Below are positions 54,083 through 61,405 of a stretch of 64,000 bases of DNA, in pieces. The stretch covers positions 1 to 64,000 of the IMG/VR virus record IMGVR_UViG_3300036944_001324. The stretch is one strand, 5' to 3'. Numbering within the stretch: the stretch's first letter is position 1; every line of letters starts with the position of its first letter. A model generated the notes under the pieces. The model was not told where the DNA came from. It saw only the letters and a list, made by a program, of their open reading frames with translations, and searched no databases. A program made the translations under genes and the position numbers.

Positions 54083-54298
54083 ATGAAAAACATTCGCTTC
54101 AATCGCAAATCACGCAAGACAGCCGCTAACGCTAATGCCAGTTATAAAGCCGGTTACAAAGCCGGCTGGGAAGCTTGTCACGATGCTTTCACAGCGTCCA
54201 TGCGGAAGACCATGGATAGTACAAATCAGCGCGTCGAAGAAAATAGTATCTTCTACGATCGCTTGGTTGAGCATCGTCAAAACGCTAAGGGTGGCTAA
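54083..54298 (+). CDS. Small hypothetical protein
   Basis: AAGGAGTTTCC leader; GYKAGW motif. Confidence 0.6.
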   Translation: MKNIRFNRKSRKTAANANASYKAGYKAGWEACHDAFTASMRKTMDSTNQRVEENSIFYDRLVEHRQNAKGG

Positions 54299-54350
54299 CA
54301 GTAGTCACTTCTCGTAACACCCATTTTTCAATTTAAGGAGTATCCTCATC

Positions 54351-54539
54351 ATGTCCAAGACCCAAGTTTACAACTACCTGCAAATCGCCGCCATCCTGAT
54401 GGTGGCTCTTATGGCGTACATGTTCAATGCTGACAACAAAGTGAACCTGCAGACCTCCATCGTCCTGGAAGCAATCATCCTCACCATCACCTTGGTGTGG
54501 CGCATTGCTTTCAGTGAAGAAATCAAAGAAGGCGCTTAA
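54351..54539 (+). CDS. Small two-TM membrane protein
   Basis: TTTAAGGAGTATCCTC leader; two hydrophobic helices. Confidence 0.65.
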   Translation: MSKTQVYNYLQIAAILMVALMAYMFNADNKVNLQTSIVLEAIILTITLVWRIAFSEEIKEGA

Positions 54540-54547
54540 AACCGCCT

Positions 54548-54610
54548 GACAGCATATACCTCCAAGCGTGCAAGCTGCCTTCGGGTGGCTTGCACGCTTT
54601 GTATGTTGCT
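54548..54610 (+). terminator. Conserved-flank palindrome
   Basis: GACAGCATA...AAGCGTGCAAGCTGCC-TTCG-GGTGGCTTGCACGCTT-TGTATGTTGCT. Confidence 0.78.
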
Positions 54611-54749
54611 GGTTTCTTTTTTCTGTCTTATTGAACCCATGTGTGTAGGTGCGAACTAAAATCGCATTCCAAAAATCTTGACTCATACATCATCGTAGCG
54701 GAGCTACTGAGCGTGAGTTTCGTTTATTCTTTTTTTTTGGTGTTTTCTC

Positions 54750-55553
54750 ATGACTCAGTACATCATTGTCGAGGGCCCTGACTGCGTAGGCAAAGGTTAT
54801 TTCATCGATCAGTTCAAACAGTTCATGAAACGGCCTTTGAATACCCCGTTCGATGAAACAGATCTGGAAACACGTGATCCTGATTTGTTCGAAACCCTCA
54901 AAGAAGCCCGTTGGGTCGCTGAATCCGGCCAGACGACCGGTGTCTTTCAGACGATGGAAGAAGCAACGCGCTTCATCAAGGATACGACTACGTTTATCCC
55001 CGTAACACAACCACTCAGCATGGCTGTGGCGGAGATCCCCAACGCCACCCCTGAGAACAAAGAGTTCTCACGCAAGATCCACGCAGGCGAGATGACCCAG
55101 GACCAGATCGCAGAAGAATACCTGCAGGTGATCTACGATCATTTCAACTATGCCAAGTTGTTGGGCCAAACGCACGACATCGTTCTGATGGATCGCTCAC
55201 TGCCGTCCTACTACGCCTACCAGATCGCAACTATGGGTTACGCCGACAAGCTTCCTTACTGGGAACAGCTGCATGAAATGATGACCGGTGAAGTTAACTT
55301 CATCGTCATCCATCTGGACGCTCCGGTGGAAGTCCTTGCTGAGCGCAAAGCCAAAAAGAAAGGCGTCTCTGTTCTGGACGAGATCTTCTTTGAACGCATC
55401 GACAAGATCCGCGCCGGCTATGCTGAGTGCTACGCCCGCAAGTACTTCCCGCACCAAATCAAAGTGGACGCCACTGTCACAGGCGAGCATCCCTACGATC
55501 CCCTCTTTCGCAGTCTCATGCTCAATCTCATCAACGCAACCGCACCCAAGTAA
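54750..55553 (+). CDS. tmk: Thymidylate (dTMP) kinase-like
   Basis: IIVEGPDCVGKG P-loop, VLMDRS..SYYAYQ, IHLDAP, KVDA. Confidence 0.85.
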   Translation: MTQYIIVEGPDCVGKGYFIDQFKQFMKRPLNTPFDETDLETRDPDLFETLKEARWVAESGQTTGVFQTMEEATRFIKDTTTFIPVTQPLSMAVAEIPNATPENKEFSRKIHAGEMTQDQIAEEYLQVIYDHFNYAKLLGQTHDIVLMDRSLPSYYAYQIATMGYADKLPYWEQLHEMMTGEVNFIVIHLDAPVEVLAERKAKKKGVSVLDEIFFERIDKIRAGYAECYARKYFPHQIKVDATVTGEHPYDPLFRSLMLNLINATAPK

Positions 55554-55564
55554 GAAAGAAAACC

Positions 55565-56722
55565 ATGACAGCCGTTATCACCCAGTACGAACAAGAATAC
55601 CTGCGAATTGGTCACAACCTCCTGAACAACGGCCGCTGGAAGAACTCCCGCCCTGGCCTGCGTACCTTGTCTTCTGACGAAGAACAAATGGTGGTTGACC
55701 TGCGCGGCAACAAACTGGCTTTGTTGTCGACCAAGCAAGTTATCTTCGAGACGTTCTTTCACGAAAACGTTTGGTTCCTCTCAGGCTCCCCCAATGTGGC
55801 CTATCTGAAACAAAACGGCATCTCCATCTGGGATGACTGGGTGATCCCCAATACCGCAGTTTTCGAGCACTGTGACAACCCTACCGGGCAAGACATGCTC
55901 ACGTATCTGCGCTGCAAGTCACCCGAGCGTTACAAGCTGTGGAAGGGCTACAAGGCCGATCACAATATCGGTCGCCCCACGCGTGACGTCGTGAAAGCTT
56001 TCATCGCCGCCACGACCACCGCAGGTCTTCCCATGTATCCTTTGTTCCGTTTGGTATCCGGCAACATCGGTAACGGTGCATATGGCCCCATGTGGCGTCA
56101 CTGGCCTGAACTGCGGGCCGTCACACCTGTGGAAGCGCGTGACAAACGTGGCTACCTCAACGAGATCGGGCATGTCGGTCTCTACCACGACAAGGTACCC
56201 AATCGCCTTGTTGGTCGTCACATCGATCAGTTCGCAGACGCCATCAAAGCACTGCGCGAGACTCCCGACTCACGTCGGATCATCGTCAGTGCCTGGAACC
56301 CAGCGTTGTTGGAAGAAACGGTTCTTCCTCCTTGCCATTCCTTCTTCCAGTTCCTGAGTTACGACAACGGCCCTGGCAAGAAGCGTTCCTTGACGCTGAA
56401 GCTGACTCAGCGCAGTGCAGACTACGCAGTTGGGACGCCCTTTAACGCGGGTCAGTACTCGTTGCTGGCTCACATGGTCGCTCACATCACGAACCACGTG
56501 GCTGAGAAGCTGGTGATCTCCTTCAACGACTGCCACCTCTACGAAGACCAGATCGAAAAGTTCAAGGAGCAGTTGACGCGCGAACCCATCTACATCAACC
56601 CCACGATTTCTTTCGTGGGTGATGTTCGGGAACTCGACGACTTCAAGTTCGATAACTTGGTTGTCAAGGGCTACGACGAAGGTTCCTACCATCCGAACAT
56701 CAGCTACCCTGTAGCGGTGTAA
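55565..56722 (+). CDS. thyA: Thymidylate synthase (start revised to MTAVITQ)
   Basis: LLSTK, E..WFLSG, IWDDW, YG..WR.W, SRRIIVSAWNP, LPPCH, QRSAD..VG.PFN, DCHLY, YP.AV. Confidence 0.95.
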   Translation: MTAVITQYEQEYLRIGHNLLNNGRWKNSRPGLRTLSSDEEQMVVDLRGNKLALLSTKQVIFETFFHENVWFLSGSPNVAYLKQNGISIWDDWVIPNTAVFEHCDNPTGQDMLTYLRCKSPERYKLWKGYKADHNIGRPTRDVVKAFIAATTTAGLPMYPLFRLVSGNIGNGAYGPMWRHWPELRAVTPVEARDKRGYLNEIGHVGLYHDKVPNRLVGRHIDQFADAIKALRETPDSRRIIVSAWNPALLEETVLPPCHSFFQFLSYDNGPGKKRSLTLKLTQRSADYAVGTPFNAGQYSLLAHMVAHITNHVAEKLVISFNDCHLYEDQIEKFKEQLTREPIYINPTISFVGDVRELDDFKFDNLVVKGYDEGSYHPNISYPVAV

Positions 56723-56734
56723 ATACCGTCCACT

Positions 56735-56765
56735 AAAAGCCAGGGCTTGACGGTCCTGGCTTTTT
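56735..56765 (+). terminator. Intrinsic terminator (no conserved flank)
   Basis: AAAAGCCAGGGC-TTGACG-GTCCTGGCTTTTT. Confidence 0.75.
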
Positions 56766-56779
56766 AACTGTCTGTTCAA

Positions 56780-57148
56780 ATGACTTACACCAGAACCCTA
56801 TCTGTACAACGCTCCGCAGCCATCGCTGCCTTGGCTAGTGCATCATTGATTGCGTCACCTTCCTCCGGTATTAAGATGCCGGAAGTTTGGAAGCCAACGA
56901 CTGATCGTGATTTCTTTCCCGACTTTCAGGTCAAAGATCTGCGGGCTTCCTTGGACGACATCACCGTTCGCATGAAGAACGTACGTGCCAAGAAGAACTG
57001 GCAACGTCAAGAACTGGAGCTTCTTAAGCAACATCGGCGTATTCTCTCAGGTCACCTGAACGCTATCGAGAACGCTGCCGTAATTACCCCGGAGCTCTTG
57101 AACAATGCAGACAACGCAGTCGAAGACTACCGTAGTGCCGTAAGCTAG
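56780..57148 (+). CDS. Hypothetical coiled-coil protein
   Basis: ORF between a terminator and a promoter. Confidence 0.5.
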   Translation: MTYTRTLSVQRSAAIAALASASLIASPSSGIKMPEVWKPTTDRDFFPDFQVKDLRASLDDITVRMKNVRAKKNWQRQELELLKQHRRILSGHLNAIENAAVITPELLNNADNAVEDYRSAVS

Positions 57149-57168
57149 AAAAAGTTGGCGATATATAG
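57149..57168 (+). promoter_or_regulatory. Putative early promoter (variant)
   Basis: AAAAAGTTGGCGATATATAG, then GGAGAT and TTTAACCAAT leader. Confidence 0.55.
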
Positions 57169-57218
57169 TGGATAGGAGATAGAAACCCCCGTATGTTCTC
57201 TTTAACCAATCCACCACC

Positions 57219-57503
57219 ATGAACGCAACTGTCGCCAAAGTCAGTCATGAACTGATGGTTCAGTTTGCTTTGAGCGATTGTGAAAATGCGCTCGAGCGAA
57301 TTGACGCAGCTCTAACCCAGCTGAAAAACAACAAGCTCACAGACAAAGACCCTGAGATCATCTGCTTGAACAACCTCAAGACGGATATTTCAGGCCTTGC
57401 TGTGCCACTGCAAGAAACACCCAGTCTGGTAACACCCGACCACCTGACTGCCGTTGAACGCCGATCGAACATTGCGCTGCAATATATCGGCTTTCTTATC
57501 TAA
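57219..57503 (+). CDS. Small early hypothetical protein
   Basis: Downstream of the promoter motif; begins MNAT like the 53314 ORF. Confidence 0.6.
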   Translation: MNATVAKVSHELMVQFALSDCENALERIDAALTQLKNNKLTDKDPEIICLNNLKTDISGLAVPLQETPSLVTPDHLTAVERRSNIALQYIGFLI

Positions 57504-57538
57504 CAACCCTTTCAACCAACAAAAGGAGTATCCTCATT

Positions 57539-58282
57539 ATGAACACTCAACCTATCCCCATCGTGCAAAACAAAAGCGCCACTTACTACTCAGAAGACGA
57601 CCTGCGCAGTATTCGGAGCCATCCCGTGCGCGTCATCGTCTCTTTCGTTCTGGATCTGCTCGCAGACAACGGTATCAACTACCGTGCCAAGATCCGCAAT
57701 CCCAAGCGGGTCCAAGTGATCAAGATCCGCAGCATCGACACCAGCAGCGAAATCGCTATCATCGTCCCAAGCGATGATCCGAAGAAGTTCTCCGTGCGGT
57801 TCCACGAACATACCGATCGCTACTGCACCACTACACCGTCACGCATCGTGATTCGCAAGGTGGACTTTGACTGTGACTCAGTCGATGCCAAGAGCCTGGA
57901 GAACTTCATGACGACCCACGTCCTGAAGTGGTTGACACCCCGCGCTGACAACCTCAAACCAGCGCCGGTTCACATGCTGGTGTTGGAAGACACGCCAGTT
58001 TGCCCGAGTCCTCTCGTGGCTATCGGATTCGTGGTGGAGCACGCAAGCATCACCACCGAAAACGGCAATCTGGTGGCGACCATCTCTAACAAGGGTCGTC
58101 ACATCACACGCGTCAATCGGCGCGTTCCCGACATCGTTGCAGACAACACACGTGAGACCTTGATCGGTCGCATTTACGTGGAGTTCTTCAACGGTGAGTA
58201 TCTCTTCATGTCTGAGCGAATCTTTGAACAGCAGTTCAGTTTCTTTCGTGAAGGTATGATCGATACCTCTGTGAAACACTGA
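57539..58282 (+). CDS. Hypothetical protein
   Basis: AAGGAGTATCCTCAT leader. Confidence 0.65.
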   Translation: MNTQPIPIVQNKSATYYSEDDLRSIRSHPVRVIVSFVLDLLADNGINYRAKIRNPKRVQVIKIRSIDTSSEIAIIVPSDDPKKFSVRFHEHTDRYCTTTPSRIVIRKVDFDCDSVDAKSLENFMTTHVLKWLTPRADNLKPAPVHMLVLEDTPVCPSPLVAIGFVVEHASITTENGNLVATISNKGRHITRVNRRVPDIVADNTRETLIGRIYVEFFNGEYLFMSERIFEQQFSFFREGMIDTSVKH

Positions 58283-58318
58283 GCTTTTTTCATCTAAAGA
58301 AAGGTGGTTACCGTGACC

Positions 58319-58582
58319 ATGAAAAAGTTCTATCTCTTCCTGTGGAAAGCCTTTATGATCATCGTTGCTATTGCTGCGGTGATTGGATTGTTCATCGGTG
58401 GCACTATGGCTGCCTTTGGACTGGCTATGCGATTCGCACCAGTGGTGGTCGTGGTCGCTGGTTTGGTTTGGGCGTTGATGCGTGCTGCAAAGTACGCAGA
58501 AGACGAAGAGAACCAGGCCATGAACTTGGCCAAAGCTATCCGCGAACAAAAGGAAGCCGAAGCCAACAAAGCACCTAGTTGA
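58319..58582 (+). CDS. Small two-TM membrane protein
   Basis: Two hydrophobic helices and a charged C-terminus. Confidence 0.6.
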   Translation: MKKFYLFLWKAFMIIVAIAAVIGLFIGGTMAAFGLAMRFAPVVVVVAGLVWALMRAAKYAEDEENQAMNLAKAIREQKEAEANKAPS

Positions 58583-58598
58583 TGCGTTGGTATTGCTT

Positions 58599-58653
58599 GA
58601 CAGCATAAAGCCCTCTGTAGCCCCGATAAAGGGCTACAGAGGGTATTTTATGG
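58599..58653 (+). terminator. Conserved-flank palindrome
   Basis: GACAGCATAAAGCCCTCTGTAGCCC-loop-GGGCTACAGAGGG-TATTTTATGG. Confidence 0.8.
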
Positions 58654-58739
58654 GCATTTCTTTTTCGGGTAGTCTCTGAACACGAATGACCACGCTCTCA
58701 AGCTGTCTCTTTCTTTCTTTTTCACTTTAGGAATTCATC

Positions 58740-58919
58740 ATGGCAACCACCAAGCCTACCAGCAAACCAGCTCCCAAAGTCAGTCAAGCTGACAAAGCCA
58801 AAGCAGCCAAAGTACGCGCTACTTTGCCTATGAAAAAAGCCACTGACGACGACGTGATGTCGATGGCTAAATCGCTGTCGGTCTTCAACAGCGAAATCAG
58901 CAAAGCTCGCAGCTTCTGA
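58740..58919 (+). CDS. 59-aa Lys/Ala-rich protein (missed by the ORF track)
   Basis: TAGGA RBS; MATTKPTSKPAPKVSQADKAKAAKVRATLPMKKATDDDVMSMAKSLSVFNSEISKARSF. Confidence 0.65.
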   Translation: MATTKPTSKPAPKVSQADKAKAAKVRATLPMKKATDDDVMSMAKSLSVFNSEISKARSF

Positions 58920-58978
58920 ACGCACTTGTGCAAAGGAAAGTAAAGAGTACCATTCTTACCTTTTAACCAACTTGTTGC

Positions 58979-59356
58979 ATGAGTGTTACCGAGACTACCC
59001 ATTACCTTAACGATGTCGAGCTGAGTAAATTCGAACAGTTTGTTTATTCGTTAAGCCAGTTCACCGCCCACCTGCACGAGTATGCATGGATTGGCGTTTT
59101 CATCTCTGGTGTTTTCATCGTATCTGCATGGGCGATCTTTCGTTACCATGAGAGCAAGATCGAAGACTACGAGTTCTTCAAACAAAACATACACGTCGTT
59201 GGGCGCTTCACCAGTAAGACATTTGAAATGTTTCGCTGGTGGTCCAAGACCTTCCCACCGCTGTCTGTAGCCATTGTGTTGTTCAGCATCTGGACACGCT
59301 TTGATACGATAGCTTTTATACGTGTCTTCGGCATCAAGCACGTAAGAGATAACTGA
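58979..59356 (+). CDS. Two-TM membrane protein
   Basis: TTTAACCAAC leader; two hydrophobic segments. Confidence 0.6.
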   Translation: MSVTETTHYLNDVELSKFEQFVYSLSQFTAHLHEYAWIGVFISGVFIVSAWAIFRYHESKIEDYEFFKQNIHVVGRFTSKTFEMFRWWSKTFPPLSVAIVLFSIWTRFDTIAFIRVFGIKHVRDN

Positions 59357-59388
59357 TTTATTTAGCTCTTCTTTAAGGTGTCAACCCC

Positions 59389-60039
59389 ATGCAGTTTGCT
59401 TTGGCTTTCCAACGTCGTGATTTGTTTATCCCGAGTTTCTTCTCGGGTATTTTCAGTGAGATGGATTACGAGAACGCGCAGCGCGTAGCAACCTCTCGAC
59501 AGACACCTGTAAGTATTTTTACCCACACTCCGTATTTGGTCGAAGCGGTCTTTGATCCCTACTTCCTTCACTTGATCCCTTACACGATCGTTGCTGCTCG
59601 CAAGGATGGGGAGTTGCACGTCTTTACGTATCAGCGCAAAGACGACCATCCAATACCAGAGCTGCGCGGTAAATGGAGCATCGGTATCGACAGTCAACCC
59701 AGTAGCCTTCCAGACGTCAATATGGGGATGCTGGACATCCTCACACATCATGCATCGCGTTCCGTGTTCGATGAGATGGGTTTGGACTTGGACAAAGAAT
59801 CTCTGCACCGCTGTATGAGTTATGCGTCGTTCCTCATGGATAAGAGCAGTGAGTTTACCCGCTCTTGTCTCGGCGTCGCACATCGCGTCAACCTACCATC
59901 TGTTCCACGCCTTACTCCGAGTGAAAACTCTGGAGTCTTGAATGGCCAATGGCTCGATGGTGAGACGATCCAGCAAATGCGTGAGGATGGCCTGATGGAC
60001 ACATGGAGCGAAATGCTTCTTGAAGAAGAGTTTGTTTAA
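59389..60039 (+). CDS. Degenerate Nudix-fold (COG4112-like) protein
   Basis: DP.F.HLIPY.IV, YQR, EL.GKWSIG, RS..DEMG, LMD.S.E....LG. Confidence 0.55.
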   Translation: MQFALAFQRRDLFIPSFFSGIFSEMDYENAQRVATSRQTPVSIFTHTPYLVEAVFDPYFLHLIPYTIVAARKDGELHVFTYQRKDDHPIPELRGKWSIGIDSQPSSLPDVNMGMLDILTHHASRSVFDEMGLDLDKESLHRCMSYASFLMDKSSEFTRSCLGVAHRVNLPSVPRLTPSENSGVLNGQWLDGETIQQMREDGLMDTWSEMLLEEEFV

Positions 60040-60045
60040 CCCAAA

Positions 60046-60090
60046 CCGGCATATTGCCTGGGCTTTTATAGCCCAGGCCTTTATGCCGTC
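60046..60090 (+). terminator. Conserved-flank palindrome
   Basis: CCGGCATATTGCCTGGGC-ttttata-GCCCAGGCCTTTATGCCGTC. Confidence 0.78.
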
Positions 60091-60110
60091 TAAATCGCTG
60101 TATCCTAGAT

Positions 60111-60140
60111 TTTTTTGGTCATATATAGTAGTTGGGAGAT
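60111..60140 (+). promoter_or_regulatory. Putative early promoter (variant)
   Basis: TTTTTTGGTCATATATAGTAGTTGGGAGAT, then stem-loop AGAAGA/TCTTCT. Confidence 0.5.
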
Positions 60141-60197
60141 AAAGAGAAGAATGCTCTTCTAAACTCTCAATTCAACCAACCTTTAAGGAGTATCCAC

Positions 60198-60545
60198 ATG
60201 TTCGCATCTTTCAACTTTTCTGAATTCGCCGCCATCTTCGCTGTCTACGCAGTGGCGGTTGTGATCTCGCAAATCTTCCTGCCACAACTCGTCGTCTTGA
60301 TGTCCAAGGCCAGCGTTCGCAACCTCAACTTCGGTGCCGTTCTTTCGCTCACCAGCCTTGGTGCCTGGATCGCCAGCATCGTGATCTTTGGTTGGGAAGC
60401 CGTTGCTGTCTTCATCATCGGCTCCATTACCGAAGTTATCATTGGTTACGTTCGCCGCAAGACCATCGTCGCTGCCGCGATTAAGGGTTTCGCAGACGCG
60501 ACAGCGCCCCTGAACTTCAACGATATCGACAGCAAAGCGCTGTAA
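60198..60545 (+). CDS. Multi-TM membrane protein (start revised to MFASFN)
   Basis: TTTAAGGAGTATCCAC leader; about three hydrophobic helices. Confidence 0.65.
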   Translation: MFASFNFSEFAAIFAVYAVAVVISQIFLPQLVVLMSKASVRNLNFGAVLSLTSLGAWIASIVIFGWEAVAVFIIGSITEVIIGYVRRKTIVAAAIKGFADATAPLNFNDIDSKAL

Positions 60546-60554
60546 GGGACTGAC

Positions 60555-60806
60555 ATGCCTTCTTCCACCGCAGCTGATCTCGAAGCAATTCGGGACGTAA
60601 CGGTAAGTTACATGAACAAGGTAATCAGTGACATCACTGATTACCGTGCAGGTGCTGAAGGCAACAAAGCCCTCAGCCCTGCACTCAAGAACGAGGTCAC
60701 GAGCCTCTGCGCTCAGCGCGTAGAAGCCAACTTGACCAACATCAACAAGAACATCGAGCGCTTCAAGTCGGGTGCGCTCGGAGTTTTTGATCAGCCCTCT
60801 AGCTAA
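60555..60806 (+). CDS. Small helical hypothetical protein
   Basis: AAGGGA RBS; phage-like codon usage. Confidence 0.6.
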   Translation: MPSSTAADLEAIRDVTVSYMNKVISDITDYRAGAEGNKALSPALKNEVTSLCAQRVEANLTNINKNIERFKSGALGVFDQPSS

Positions 60807-60922
60807 TGGAGGCTGATATGGCAGTTACCCGACGTCCCCGCAGCGTGGGCAGCCTGCAAGATCTGCAGCAACTGTTCTCGCCCCTTGATCCCCAAGAAAC
60901 CAAACTGAAAGAAACTGAAATC

Positions 60923-61342
60923 ATGAACACCGCACAAAACGCTTCCTCCACCAACAACGTGAACGCTTCTCCTGCTGACATGGCCGAAGCCCTGCAAATG
61001 ATCCAAGCCACGCGCCAAGCGCTGAACGAGCAAGTGGCCCGCGCCGCTGCCACGGCACAAGCCAGCGAAGAACAAGCTGCCGACGCCGTCAAGCGTGTCT
61101 CCGAAATGCGCACCGACTTCGAAAGCGCCACCAGCGACCTCAAGGCCCGCATCAACGTCCTCGAAGCTGCTGCCAAGGCTGCCAATGGCGGCACTGCTCC
61201 TGTCAAGAAGCCCGTGTACAAGCGTGCTCTCGACATCGCTCAGCAAGTCGGCGGCGTTGGCGCCCTGATCGGTGGCGTGGTCTACGGCGGCAAGCTCGCC
61301 TACGACCGCTTCACTGGTGACGGCGACACTGCTCAGGTCTAA
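60923..61342 (+). CDS. Coiled-coil protein with C-terminal Gly-rich hydrophobic helix (start revised to MNTAQN)
   Basis: Ala-rich heptads; VGGVGALIGGVVYGGK; strong codon bias. Confidence 0.6.
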   Translation: MNTAQNASSTNNVNASPADMAEALQMIQATRQALNEQVARAAATAQASEEQAADAVKRVSEMRTDFESATSDLKARINVLEAAAKAANGGTAPVKKPVYKRALDIAQQVGGVGALIGGVVYGGKLAYDRFTGDGDTAQV

Positions 61343-61347
61343 ACACT

Positions 61348-61390
61348 GACGGCATAGCTAGCAGACCCTCACGGGTCTGCTAGCTTGTCC
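61348..61390. terminator. Conserved-flank palindrome between convergent genes
   Basis: GACGGCATAGCTAGCAGACCC-TCAC-GGGTCTGCTAGCT. Confidence 0.78.
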
Positions 61391-61405
61391 TGATGTTCTT
61401 TTTTT

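Noticed and set aside
55565-56722. dCMP hydroxymethylase or base-modification enzyme
   Set aside because: The specificity residue is Asn (PFN), as in dUMP-specific ThyA, and no glycosyltransferase or other modification genes are nearby.
1593-61390. CRISPR array or host REP/BIME repeats as an explanation of the palindromes
   Set aside because: The copies are dispersed singly in intergenic gaps with no repeat-spacer periodicity, no cas or RAYT gene, and non-identical stems.
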